From IMG/VR virus record IMGVR_UViG_3300023174_000046, positions 124,001 through 188,000 of that record: a stretch of 64,000 nt of DNA. One strand, given 5' to 3'. The position numbers were made by a program, and so were the translations under genes. The notes below the pieces were generated by a model. The model was not told where the DNA came from. It did not search any database and saw nothing but the letters and a program-made list of their open reading frames with translations. How positions within the stretch are numbered: the first letter of the stretch is position 1; each line of letters opens with the position of its first letter. Below, one piece after another: positions 10,911-21,399 of this stretch.

Positions 10911-12575
10911 ATGAATAATTTAACGTTAGTTACAGGTATTTGGGATTTAAGGCGCGACCAAGCGGGTGAAGGTTTTAAGCGACCTTTTACCCATTATATT
11001 GTAAAGTTTACCGAACTCCTAAGAGCCGCTAAAGAATACAATATGGTTGTTTATATTGAAGAAAAGTATAAAGATTTGGTATTGAGTATAAGAGATCCAC
11101 AAAATACACAAATTCGTATAAAAGAAGTTGATGAGTTCAAAACAAGCTTTCCTTTTTACGATAAAATTACAGAAATAAGAAATAAAGACAGTTGGCTGAA
11201 TCAAGCTGGTTGGTTACGCGAAAGCACGCAAGCAACTATGGAACTTTATAACCCCATGGTTATGTCAAAGTTGTTCATGCTTCACGACGAAAAAATTAGA
11301 AATTCTTTTAATACAGATTATTTTTATTGGATTGATGGTGGGTTAACTAGCACTGTGCATCACGGTTATTTTTCAAAAGAAAAAATATTAGACAAAATAC
11401 CAAAAATTACAGATAAATTTCTTTTTATAGCATTCCCTTATGCAGAAGGAGATGAGATACATGGGTTTACTAGAACAAAAATGAATGAGTTGGCACAAAC
11501 AAAGAATGTAGAGTATGTTTGCCGTGGAGGTTTTTTTGGTGGTCATAAGAATAATATATCGGACATTAACGGTATATATTACTCTCTTTTAAGCAGTACC
11601 CTTAATGACGGATACATGGGCACAGAAGAAAGCATCTTTACCCTCATGACATATACTCACCCGCACTTGTTTGCAAAACATATGATAGATGGCAATGGCC
11701 TTGTTGGTAAATTTTTTGAAGATATTAAAAACACACCATTTACTGAAAATAAAATTACACTAAATAATTATTCTGGTGTCAACTTATATGTTCTATCATT
11801 TAACTCACCAGAGCAGTTTGAGAGATTAATTGAAAGCTATTTAAAGCAACCTGGGTTTGTGCGTGAAACAAAAAATATTTTAATAGATAATAGTACAGAC
11901 CCTGCAGTTAATGACAAATATGTGGAGCTTTGCGCAAAATTTAATTTTGAACACATTAAAAAAGATAATATAGGTATTTGTGGTGGAAGACAATTTGTTG
12001 CAGAGCATTTCAATACTACTGACGCAAAATATTATATGTTTCTTGAAGATGATATGAATTTATGTGATGAAAATTTTAAATTTTGTAAAAACGGATTTTC
12101 AAGAAATATCGAAAATCTTTACTATAAGATTCAAAAAATTATGGATAAAGAAGATTATGATTTTCTTAAGCTCTCATTTACAGAGTTTTTTGGTGATAAT
12201 ATGACCCAGTGGTCGTGGTATAATGTACCGCAGTCTATAAGAGAGCTGTACTGGCCAGGTAAAGTTAAACTACCTGTAATAGGATTAGACCCTAACGCAC
12301 CGAAGACAGTTTTTAAGAATATAGGCAGTGTAGATGGTTTAAGTTATATTGATGGTGAGATATACTATTGTAACTGGCCTCAAATTGTATCGCGAGCTGG
12401 CAATAAAAGAATGTTTCTTAGCACTAAATGGGATCATCCCTTTGAGCAGACATGGATGTCTTATATGTATCAGCTAACTAAGAGAGACATGTTAAAAAGC
12501 GCAGTTTTGTTAGCGTCACCTATAAATCATGAGAGATTTGCCTTTTATAAAAGCGAAGAGAGAAGAGAGAACTAA
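10911..12575 (+). CDS. HtrL/YibB (WlaTC)-like glycosyltransferase fused to a GT-A domain
   Basis: N half: TLVTGIWD, FNTDYFYWIDGG, GGFFGG, GTEE. C half: IDNS, NIGICGGRQ, FLEDD. Confidence 0.7.
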   Translation: MNNLTLVTGIWDLRRDQAGEGFKRPFTHYIVKFTELLRAAKEYNMVVYIEEKYKDLVLSIRDPQNTQIRIKEVDEFKTSFPFYDKITEIRNKDSWLNQAGWLRESTQATMELYNPMVMSKLFMLHDEKIRNSFNTDYFYWIDGGLTSTVHHGYFSKEKILDKIPKITDKFLFIAFPYAEGDEIHGFTRTKMNELAQTKNVEYVCRGGFFGGHKNNISDINGIYYSLLSSTLNDGYMGTEESIFTLMTYTHPHLFAKHMIDGNGLVGKFFEDIKNTPFTENKITLNNYSGVNLYVLSFNSPEQFERLIESYLKQPGFVRETKNILIDNSTDPAVNDKYVELCAKFNFEHIKKDNIGICGGRQFVAEHFNTTDAKYYMFLEDDMNLCDENFKFCKNGFSRNIENLYYKIQKIMDKEDYDFLKLSFTEFFGDNMTQWSWYNVPQSIRELYWPGKVKLPVIGLDPNAPKTVFKNIGSVDGLSYIDGEIYYCNWPQIVSRAGNKRMFLSTKWDHPFEQTWMSYMYQLTKRDMLKSAVLLASPINHERFAFYKSEERREN

Positions 12576-12587
12576 TTAAATAATAGT

Positions 12588-13277
12588 GTGAATACAGTTG
12601 TAGTAAACCTATCTTCTAAGCAAGATCCTGGCGATATTGTAATGTACAACCATTACTGGTTTTCAGATCCTCTATCCGGCACAAATATTGCATACCCAGT
12701 TACTGCAAATGGTGATTTCTTTACATACAGTACTACTCCTACAGTAACAGCAGATGATGGTAACTTTTTTCCATGGGGATATATTTTCCAAGACACATCT
12801 GAAACTATATATGCGGGCAAATACAAAGGCCTTACAACTTTGAATATCAATGCGTCGGGCCTATCAACTGATTATTTTCCCATCTTGCGTATATATTATG
12901 ATTTTGGTGATGGTGAAGTATACAATAACTCCAGAAATGTATTAATCGATTATTCCAAGCTTGCTATTGACTCTTTTATCAATGGCTATGGTTACGGCGA
13001 TCCCAAATTTGTGCCTGTAAACCATACCTACCAACCAAGTGATACTACTTTCACTGTTACCTATACAGCGCATGTACAAGTGTTTAATGGTAGTTTGGTT
13101 ACCAACAACTTCTTCATTATAATAGACTTAGTACAAGATTCTATATTTGATTTTGATGATATAAATCTGTTAGATACAAAGTTCATATCATTATCTGATA
13201 AAACCATCATAAACGTGTTAGAAGCCTCTAAACCTGAATATATTCTAAATAATCTTTTAAAATATAGTAATACCTAG
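12588..13277 (+). CDS. PKD-like probable structural protein
   Basis: YDFGDG...VNHTY PKD signature; TAAATA 5 nt upstream of the GTG. Confidence 0.55.
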   Translation: MNTVVVNLSSKQDPGDIVMYNHYWFSDPLSGTNIAYPVTANGDFFTYSTTPTVTADDGNFFPWGYIFQDTSETIYAGKYKGLTTLNINASGLSTDYFPILRIYYDFGDGEVYNNSRNVLIDYSKLAIDSFINGYGYGDPKFVPVNHTYQPSDTTFTVTYTAHVQVFNGSLVTNNFFIIIDLVQDSIFDFDDINLLDTKFISLSDKTIINVLEASKPEYILNNLLKYSNT

Positions 13278-13305
13278 AAAGTATTGAAATTCATAAATAT
13301 TTTAG

Positions 13306-16300
13306 ATGGAAATCAGACCTTTAAATAAAACTACATTCCCGTCATTGAGATTGCAGTATAGTCTTGATTCAACGGTAAATGTAAACAGTGATAATTTCGA
13401 AAACGAGCAAAATCTTGATGTTCTTCTTAATAATTTCTTAAGCGATGCACGTGATGCATCTTCTAATAAATACAGCAATTTTTATTTAACAAATAGGGTC
13501 AATTTAAGTCAAAATATTGAGTTCAAAGAACTAGCAAACCCTGAAGTAGAAGTATTCACAACATGGTTAGCATCTGATGCTGACAGACAATTAAACACAA
13601 AAACAGATTTTTGGACCATTGGAACTGATATTGAAGGGGCAACGACACTGCAGGATGTCGCAGCCTCAGGTATTTTTGTTTCAATTGACAATACATATAT
13701 TTTTGATGTAGAGTTATTAAATGAAAAAGTTTGTAGGGTAGGCCACACCTATAATAACTATACAAGATATCTGACCATAAATTATCTCAACGCAACAGGT
13801 AATAGCTTTTTTTGTCTCAATAACGGGCAAGATCCTTATGATTTAAATTCTACACAAACGTTTTGCTATTTGTATGATAGGAAAAATGATTTTATTGTTC
13901 TTTATAAACTTATAAATGATATTGCTTATATTGTCTATACATTTGAAACTACAAAAGATATTTCCCTTGCAATACCCCTTACATCAGATGATTTTGGGTT
14001 TACGAACGATCAAATTTATAGATGCAGGGCACGTTTTGAATCTGCAAACAAACCAATTGTCAATAGCATATGGGCACAATATGAAAAAGGATTCAAGGAT
14101 AATAATTTAACAATCGACGATAGACCTGCACCATACAATATCTACTGCCCATCATACGCAAGCATTGATACAAACTTTCTTGTTAACACAGAATACTACA
14201 ACCTTTCTAATAATACATTACCGATTAACATATTAACTCTTAAAAATACAACCACACCCGAAAATTATGAATCGAAAAATAACCCTTTTGCGGTAAGAGA
14301 ACCTGAAATACAGCAACGTCAATACAGAAAACTCTTTACCGGTACAAATCAAATCGGTGGTTATGATAACATCAGACTTAGTTACGAAACATTTACAAGT
14401 CAGCGCAAATTTGAACCTGATAAACTAACATATTTTCATGCACCACAAGATTTGTTTCCATACTTGCAGCTTAATATTAAAGATACAGGTTTGATTGAAA
14501 GCGGGTCTATAGCAGGTGACCATCCTCTAAAATCAGATAAAATTTTTAAAAAGAAAGCCGGGTACAAGTATACCTCTCCGTTTGGTAATGCGAGTAATGA
14601 ACAAAATGGTTCTTTTCTTTGCTCTTGGCTATCGGGAGCTGACAGCATAACAACTAGACCCATATGGTTAGACCGGTATTATTTTCCTGACCAAACAACT
14701 TATCTTGCTGCTATGACAGCTGCGGTTAACCCCTTTATTAATTATATTTCAGAAGTGCAGGGTGTAAGAAATGAGCTTCCGTTTTTAAAGCAAGTTGTGG
14801 TTGATATACCTAGCCGGTTAGCATTTGAGCCTGGCGTGCAATATGCATATCATCATATTGGTAAAAATACAACAAATCAACTAATAGAAACTCTTGATAA
14901 TGTATTGTTTGAAAAAAATTTACCTGTCTACACAAATACAACATATGATGTTCTTACTGGTGAGCTAATAGATCAAGAACAACAAGAGTATGTTTTTGAT
15001 GGTTTTCGTTACGGAAAAACAGATCGCATATCAAGTCCTGGAAACTTCAACCAATTCACATTAAACTTTTACATGTATGTGAATGATTGGCAGTCTAATT
15101 TCGGTAATCAAATTATTGGCAATTATGTTAATGATGGATTTGGTGTATACAATACAAACTACGTTACACCGTTTATTACTTTACTTTCACCATCCGCAAT
15201 TAATATTTTTAATACAGATGGTATACTAGCAGATAGAAAGTCTTTTGATTCTAAAGTCACCAATATTTTTAAGTATGATCAATGTGAAGATTATTTTGCT
15301 GTAAAAGCAGATAATATTGTTATTAGAGTTGATACAGATAATGTCTCGTTAAACAAGTATGCTTTTGGGAATATAGGCAGCTCACGATCTATATACACAT
15401 TTAACGATAATTTAGCTTTTGTATTAACAGGCAGTCAATCCAATGCTTTTTATTGCATTAACACTGATACAGGTGGCTTGTCCGGTTACAACCAAACACC
15501 TTACCTTTACGATGCTGCAAATATAATTGATTTTACAAATACCGGGTTTTTAAATATTCTTACACACAAAAAACAAATTTATGTAATACAAGGATATTCA
15601 CCACAAATACTAAACAACGACATTTACTTTAGTTGGGGCAACTTCTTGTGGCAATTCAATACAATCACTAAAGAGAGATATTCTGCATACAAATTTAACA
15701 CACTAATTGACTTTAATGTTGATTTAGATGGTAATTTATGGGCTTTGCATGATAGTAATAAAATTTCGAAACTTGACACATCAGTAGATAAAAATGTTTT
15801 ATTTACAAAAACATTAGATCTTTCAGGCACCTTTTCGAATATAGATTTACTTTCCTATTTCCAGGGCAATGCCTACAAAAAAGAAATGTTAGTCTATTCA
15901 CGTTTAAGTGGGGCTGATCCTAAATTAAGAATGGATAAGATTGATTATGATGGCAATGTCGTTATGACAACATTGCTCCCTAGCTACCTCTCTGCTTCTG
16001 TTACTGATAATAACGGAATTACTTCAAAAACAGATACAACAGGTGGTGATTATGCAAGATACTATGTAAAAGAACAGTACCCCAAGAATAACTTGTCTGC
16101 AAAAATTAGATTAAGAAATGTTTATGATTTCGGTAAAACAAGAAAAATTGATTTGAAGTTTAATCTCTCTGCTGTGGACATTGGTTATCACCATGTGAGT
16201 GTCAGAGCTGATACATATAAAGGTATCATGTCGCTATATTTTGATGGTGAGCTCGTAGGGAATCAATATTTTGAAGAAAATAACTTTATCTTTAACAATC

Positions 16301-16728
16301 TTCTCAAAGAACCTTTTTATGCTGGCGCAACACCTTCATTTAATAATAAACTACTTGCGACTAGATTGAGACAAAAAGATACATTCCTTACAAATAATTT
16401 AAAACTAAAAAATATATACCTTTACAACAGACCACTTGATTACCATGAAATCGGATTACATGTAAAGCAAGGATTAGATTTCTATCCTGTTAGCTTTGAT
16501 ATCCCATCTGGTCGTCGTAATATATTAGATGAAATTGAGTACATCTTTAAAAATAAGATTCCAGGGTTTAAGACAGGCATCTTTGATCTTGAAATTAAAA
16601 ATACTGGGATCACAGACCCAGCACTAAGAATTACATTGGAAAAGCAAATCAAACAAACTCTTGCTAGCTGTATACCTTCGTATACAAAATTAAGAGATAT
16701 TATATGGAGTGACCCAAATGCAAGCTAA
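13306..16728 (+). CDS. Large probable structural protein with a split LamG/ConA-like domain and a beta-propeller region
   Basis: FTLNFYM...YHHVSV...LYFDGELVG...IYLYNRPL flanking DxDGNLW propeller repeats. Confidence 0.55.
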   Translation: MEIRPLNKTTFPSLRLQYSLDSTVNVNSDNFENEQNLDVLLNNFLSDARDASSNKYSNFYLTNRVNLSQNIEFKELANPEVEVFTTWLASDADRQLNTKTDFWTIGTDIEGATTLQDVAASGIFVSIDNTYIFDVELLNEKVCRVGHTYNNYTRYLTINYLNATGNSFFCLNNGQDPYDLNSTQTFCYLYDRKNDFIVLYKLINDIAYIVYTFETTKDISLAIPLTSDDFGFTNDQIYRCRARFESANKPIVNSIWAQYEKGFKDNNLTIDDRPAPYNIYCPSYASIDTNFLVNTEYYNLSNNTLPINILTLKNTTTPENYESKNNPFAVREPEIQQRQYRKLFTGTNQIGGYDNIRLSYETFTSQRKFEPDKLTYFHAPQDLFPYLQLNIKDTGLIESGSIAGDHPLKSDKIFKKKAGYKYTSPFGNASNEQNGSFLCSWLSGADSITTRPIWLDRYYFPDQTTYLAAMTAAVNPFINYISEVQGVRNELPFLKQVVVDIPSRLAFEPGVQYAYHHIGKNTTNQLIETLDNVLFEKNLPVYTNTTYDVLTGELIDQEQQEYVFDGFRYGKTDRISSPGNFNQFTLNFYMYVNDWQSNFGNQIIGNYVNDGFGVYNTNYVTPFITLLSPSAINIFNTDGILADRKSFDSKVTNIFKYDQCEDYFAVKADNIVIRVDTDNVSLNKYAFGNIGSSRSIYTFNDNLAFVLTGSQSNAFYCINTDTGGLSGYNQTPYLYDAANIIDFTNTGFLNILTHKKQIYVIQGYSPQILNNDIYFSWGNFLWQFNTITKERYSAYKFNTLIDFNVDLDGNLWALHDSNKISKLDTSVDKNVLFTKTLDLSGTFSNIDLLSYFQGNAYKKEMLVYSRLSGADPKLRMDKIDYDGNVVMTTLLPSYLSASVTDNNGITSKTDTTGGDYARYYVKEQYPKNNLSAKIRLRNVYDFGKTRKIDLKFNLSAVDIGYHHVSVRADTYKGIMSLYFDGELVGNQYFEENNFIFNNLLKEPFYAGATPSFNNKLLATRLRQKDTFLTNNLKLKNIYLYNRPLDYHEIGLHVKQGLDFYPVSFDIPSGRRNILDEIEYIFKNKIPGFKTGIFDLEIKNTGITDPALRITLEKQIKQTLASCIPSYTKLRDIIWSDPNAS

Positions 16729-18448
16729 AGACATAGTTAAACTCTACAACTACAATTACGATAGATCGCTCGGGATACCGCATAGCTTGCCCTACAGTCT
16801 TGATTCTATTCTTTTGCCTAACAATGAAATTGCATACCACACAACCATTAATGAGGTTTACGCCAAGTTACAGGCAAATTTAATTTATTTGTATTCCCTC
16901 ACTAAATTATCTGATAACAATATACCAGTAGATTATGCGAAAATAGCGTCAGGTACACCCACTGCTTTCTATCCTGCCTCAGGCGCTTTTAGATGGATAT
17001 CTACTGATATAATTACATCAAATCAAAGCAAACCACTCTCATCCTACGGTTTGCCTCAACTAGATAAATTAAACGATGGTAAATTTTATGAAAACAATGT
17101 TCTGGGTGGTGGTTCCAATCTTGGTTTTTTTGTTTCAAATAATTACATTTATGCATTAACATCCAACTACACCCAAAACACTATTGGTGTTCTTATTTCT
17201 GCTAATAGAGTTACAGAAAGTTCACAGTTTACTTTTTCAAATCTTAATTCTATAGCTTTTGATGGTAATATTTTTATATATGTAGCGGATAGTGGTCTCG
17301 ATTCAATATACAAATATGATATTTCTAATTTAATTTTTGAAGATAATTTAATCGGTAGAAAAATTCTCTATGTTGATAGCATGGGCGGTACCGGCACATA
17401 CCAAGATAGAGATAAGTTTAACAACCCTTCACATATTAATATATACGGAAGTGATTTATATGTTGTAGATAAAAATAATTATTGTGTGAAAGTTTTTGAT
17501 AGCAATCTGAACTGGAAGACAACATATAGAAGAAAAGCACTATTTCAGCAAAATAATGTCACAGCTTTCAGAGTTAATCCTTATAATAATTTATTTTATT
17601 TTGGATTTGAAGATAGGTTTACTATTTTAACTTCACAATTAACAGTGCCTCTACCACCTGCGACACCTAAAATTTTAGAAGGCAACATACCGTACGATGC
17701 GCAAAGGGCATCTATACCTACTAATGTTGATATTAACGATACTGTATTGTATAGCTTATCATCATTTTTGCTCTCTGGTGAAAATATTGTTGATTTTAGC
17801 TTTTCAAAAGTAGATAAAAATATTTTTTATATTATTACAAATAAAAACATATACAAGAGATTTATAAGCAAGCCAGATGCATATATCGGTCAGTTCCAGC
17901 TTTCACGAGATAATCTCTATATTGATAATTTCAAATTTAGTTATCTTGAAACATATGACGATAATACTGATAATCTCATTGTTTACGGCAATAGAAATAA
18001 CGCAGGCATATTTTATTCTTTCTTAGAAGACTCCAATTACATAACAATTTTAACAAATAATGATCTAGATTTTTATACTATACAAGAAATTGATATAGAT
18101 CCTGAAGAGTATTCACAAGATTGGGTATTTTCCAAAGCTAATCATAAGATCTTACTCAATATTCTCGCAATGAGAGATAGAATAGTAAAGAGATTTGCTG
18201 GTAAATATGATGAAGACGGCAATCTATTGTTTTTTGGTACTCTATATTTACTTGATAATGAAATACAAAAAGAACAGTTTGATTTATCGTTGAATTATTT
18301 TGTCGGGGTCAATGAAATGTTTAGTAATTCTGTAATAAACAGAAGTATTAAGAAATTCTACAGTCTTCAAACACAAATGCTAAGTGTTTTAAGAGATACA
18401 GCTGTAAACGTATACCCCCCACTAACATCTATAAGGGTGGTAACATAA
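16709..18448 (+). CDS. NHL-repeat beta-propeller probable structural protein
   Basis: IYVADSG, FNNPSHI, LYVVDKNNYCVKVFD. Confidence 0.65.
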   Translation: MTQMQAKDIVKLYNYNYDRSLGIPHSLPYSLDSILLPNNEIAYHTTINEVYAKLQANLIYLYSLTKLSDNNIPVDYAKIASGTPTAFYPASGAFRWISTDIITSNQSKPLSSYGLPQLDKLNDGKFYENNVLGGGSNLGFFVSNNYIYALTSNYTQNTIGVLISANRVTESSQFTFSNLNSIAFDGNIFIYVADSGLDSIYKYDISNLIFEDNLIGRKILYVDSMGGTGTYQDRDKFNNPSHINIYGSDLYVVDKNNYCVKVFDSNLNWKTTYRRKALFQQNNVTAFRVNPYNNLFYFGFEDRFTILTSQLTVPLPPATPKILEGNIPYDAQRASIPTNVDINDTVLYSLSSFLLSGENIVDFSFSKVDKNIFYIITNKNIYKRFISKPDAYIGQFQLSRDNLYIDNFKFSYLETYDDNTDNLIVYGNRNNAGIFYSFLEDSNYITILTNNDLDFYTIQEIDIDPEEYSQDWVFSKANHKILLNILAMRDRIVKRFAGKYDEDGNLLFFGTLYLLDNEIQKEQFDLSLNYFVGVNEMFSNSVINRSIKKFYSLQTQMLSVLRDTAVNVYPPLTSIRVVT

Positions 18449-18476
18449 ATTTTTACGTTTAAAACGTAAAATTACT

Positions 18477-18484
18477 TATAAATA
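18477..18484 (+). promoter_or_regulatory. T4-type late promoter TATAAATA (representative of about 18 TAAATA sites)
   Basis: Exact T4 gp55 consensus 5 nt before the ATG; same geometry at 2260, 12577, 13294, 19454, 37127, 38094, 40074, 41609, 44008, 50507. Confidence 0.8.
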
Positions 18485-18489
18485 CATAT

Positions 18490-18747
18490 ATGGCTGGAAA
18501 TGCACGATTTCATAACAAGTATCATAGAGCTAATCATCATACAACACCTTCTGGCACAATACCTGATAGTGGTTCAGATCCTATAGCATCACCACAATAT
18601 CCATTTCAAGGCGATTTTGTTATCAACGGTACACTTTCAGCTAGTGGTGGGTTAAAAATGCAAGGTCTATCTGGTATAAATTATTCTGCCACTATTAACG
18701 CTTTAACCTGGACATGGAAAAACGGAATATTGGTAAGCGTGGTATAA
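18490..18747 (+). CDS. Small late protein with a His-rich N-terminus
   Basis: NARFHNKYHRANHHT..DSGSDPIAS..PFQGDF; perfect TATAAATA upstream. Confidence 0.6.
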   Translation: MAGNARFHNKYHRANHHTTPSGTIPDSGSDPIASPQYPFQGDFVINGTLSASGGLKMQGLSGINYSATINALTWTWKNGILVSVV

Positions 18748-18751
18748 TAAA

Positions 18752-19450
18752 ATGGCAGATATAAGCATAGTCAAAATTAAGGTTCGTAGAGGCACAGACT
18801 CTGATAGAACGCGTGTAATTCTTGATGAAGGAGAGTTAGGATTTACAACGGACACACAGCGCCTTTATGTAGGTGATGGCAATACTCTTGGCGGTGTTAG
18901 TGTTGCAAATAAATTTCAAGGCAGAGGGTTGAGAGGATCATATGGTTCTGCTGTTGTTGGTGATACAGCTTATGATGTTTTACAGAATAATCTTTTCGCT
19001 TTAACAGCTGCTCCTGCTTCTCTTTCTGCAAATTGGACCAATTTAGGACCATTAGTTGATAATACTACACTTGAGTACAACACAACTTGTAAACTTGGCA
19101 TTATTGATCACGCTATTACACGCCAGCAGTTTAATGCAGCGGATATTGTTTATACAGGGTTGTCTGCAACAGGTGATAGCCAGATTACTCTGGATCTCGA
19201 TCAAAATACTTTAAAATTTAATGCTAATAAAGTTTATGTTGATACAACAGTTATTTCAGTTTCTTCTCTTAAGTCTACAGCGTTCGGGTTAAATGTAGGT
19301 AATCTAAGATTTGATGGTCTTTATGTTGTACAGGGTGCTTCTACACTTGCAACTGATCCCACATACATAACATTACCGGTCAAGTCATTGTTCATTCTCA
19401 ATGAACCATACCCATCAAACTTCTATTATCTAATGGTCAAGGCACCTTAA
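18752..19450 (+). CDS. Short tail-fibre protein with an Mtd-N (major tropism determinant N-terminal)-like anchor
   Basis: IKVRRGT...LDEGELGFTTDTQRLYVGDG. Confidence 0.75.
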   Translation: MADISIVKIKVRRGTDSDRTRVILDEGELGFTTDTQRLYVGDGNTLGGVSVANKFQGRGLRGSYGSAVVGDTAYDVLQNNLFALTAAPASLSANWTNLGPLVDNTTLEYNTTCKLGIIDHAITRQQFNAADIVYTGLSATGDSQITLDLDQNTLKFNANKVYVDTTVISVSSLKSTAFGLNVGNLRFDGLYVVQGASTLATDPTYITLPVKSLFILNEPYPSNFYYLMVKAP

Positions 19451-19464
19451 CATTAAATATTTTT

Positions 19465-21399
19465 ATGGCAGTATTTGAAGTAACAGATAAGACAATTCTC
19501 AAGATCCTTGTAAGACGAGGATTAGAAGAAGAGCGTCAAAACGTTCGCCTTGATGAAGGAGAGCTGGGATACACCATTGATTCTAAACGTGTATTTGTTG
19601 GTGATGGGCTAGGTGGCGGAGGCAACGTTGTTGGTAATTTATATCAAGGTGCATTCCCTGATGTAGATACTGTAATAGGTACAGTTGCAGGCTTACAGCC
19701 AGGCGATACTTTTTACGATACAACTGAATCAACACTGTATGCACTCGGTGAAGATGCTGTAACAAAATTTGATATTCACCCACGCTATGAAGATTTTGTT
19801 CTTGAAAAAACAACATCACCTACAGGAAGAGTAAGAATATCTGAAAGTGTTTACGGTAAAAGTGTTGTGGGTGTTACCAATTATCGCAAAGCATTTTTCT
19901 TTGATTATGCTTTGTATGAACCTTTTTACGGTACAAACAGAGTAGTAGAGTTAAACACAAACTATTGGGCTATAACTTCAAAATCTAATTTTGATCCTGC
20001 AAATAATGATGGTGTTTTTTACTTTGGTAATATTGGTAGCATTGTACCAGGTACTAAAAAATCTGATCTAGATTATAGAATCAATATCAATACTGCTGGT
20101 CTCAATAAGGGCGCGCTCATTGTTTACGGAACCGGCACCGATGTGTTTACAATTGGTAGCGGTGGTGAAATTGGCAACGCTCTTGGTGTTACTAGTATAA
20201 TTGGTGCTAGTGGTATTCAGTTTTTCCCTGGAGCAGACAATAAAAACGACCCCACAAAAAGTGCACTCTTTTTAAGTTCTTCTGGTACTGCATATTTTCA
20301 AAAGACAGGCGGTTCAGCATCGCAACCAGCTCTCTTAGTTGATGGGTTTAGCAGATTTACAAACAGTGTAATGATTGATACTAACTTATTGGTAGTAGGC
20401 AATCTAACAGCGCTGGGCGATTTCTCTGTTCTTGATACATTTGTTACAACATCATCTGCTTTGTCTGTTATTAATTCATCACCTAACACTGCCTTTACTG
20501 TAAAACAAGAAGCTAATAATGCTAATTACAATACTGCGCAGTTTATTAATAGCAATTTACCTGCAAATCGAGTATTGATCGACCGCTATTCAAATGCTGT
20601 TTTTGGTCAAGGCTATGGCACACAAAGTAGAGGTAGTCCCATTACAAATACCGCTGCAATGTCAACTGTACTTGTAGCAGGTGGCGTCTTTATTAGAGAC
20701 ATTTCAACTACTAATAATGGTGGTCTTGATGTTAGTGTGCGTGGCAATTCACAACTGCAATCTGGGTTCAATTTTATTGACGGCTCTAATAACGGTACTT
20801 TAATTTCAAAAAATAACGCTACAACAAATTATTACCCGACTGACATGGCATTGTTTGTGGATAGCGTAGCTCCTAACCAAGCTGGAGCCAAGATACTAAG
20901 TAACCCTGCCTATGGTGCAGCCTATCCAACTCTTGTTCTTGCGTCAAATCAAGCAGCTGGGAACGCTAGCCATTATTTGTTTAGTGGCAGGTATAATGGT
21001 TCTGGCGCTGCACCAAACAATGGCACCCAAACATCATTCATTGCTTCAGATGGCAGTTTTCAATTTAACGGAAACGGCACAGTGCTAGGCTATTTGAATG
21101 TAGGTGGCGACGTCACCGCGTTCTATAGCTCGGATGAGAGATTAAAGGATAACGTTCAAGTACTTGAATCACCTCTAGAAAAAATTGACAAGATTCGTGG
21201 TGTAAGTTTTGATTGGTCTAAAGAAGCTCAACATGAAGGTCATGATGTGGGTGTTATTGCACAAGAGATTGAAAAAGTTTTACCGGAGGTTGTAGTAACT
21301 CGTGAAAACGGCATGAAAGCTGTCAAGTATGAAAAGTTAGTACCCCTACTCATTGAAGGTATTAAAGAGTTACACAAATTAATTAAATGCCAGCAATAA
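19465..21399 (+). CDS. Tail fibre with an Mtd-N anchor and a C-terminal peptidase S74 intramolecular chaperone
   Basis: VRRG..LDEGELGYTIDSKRVFVGDG; SDERLKDN...GVIAQEIEKVLPEVV...VKYEKLVPLLIEGIKEL. Confidence 0.9.
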   Translation: MAVFEVTDKTILKILVRRGLEEERQNVRLDEGELGYTIDSKRVFVGDGLGGGGNVVGNLYQGAFPDVDTVIGTVAGLQPGDTFYDTTESTLYALGEDAVTKFDIHPRYEDFVLEKTTSPTGRVRISESVYGKSVVGVTNYRKAFFFDYALYEPFYGTNRVVELNTNYWAITSKSNFDPANNDGVFYFGNIGSIVPGTKKSDLDYRININTAGLNKGALIVYGTGTDVFTIGSGGEIGNALGVTSIIGASGIQFFPGADNKNDPTKSALFLSSSGTAYFQKTGGSASQPALLVDGFSRFTNSVMIDTNLLVVGNLTALGDFSVLDTFVTTSSALSVINSSPNTAFTVKQEANNANYNTAQFINSNLPANRVLIDRYSNAVFGQGYGTQSRGSPITNTAAMSTVLVAGGVFIRDISTTNNGGLDVSVRGNSQLQSGFNFIDGSNNGTLISKNNATTNYYPTDMALFVDSVAPNQAGAKILSNPAYGAAYPTLVLASNQAAGNASHYLFSGRYNGSGAAPNNGTQTSFIASDGSFQFNGNGTVLGYLNVGGDVTAFYSSDERLKDNVQVLESPLEKIDKIRGVSFDWSKEAQHEGHDVGVIAQEIEKVLPEVVVTRENGMKAVKYEKLVPLLIEGIKELHKLIKCQQ

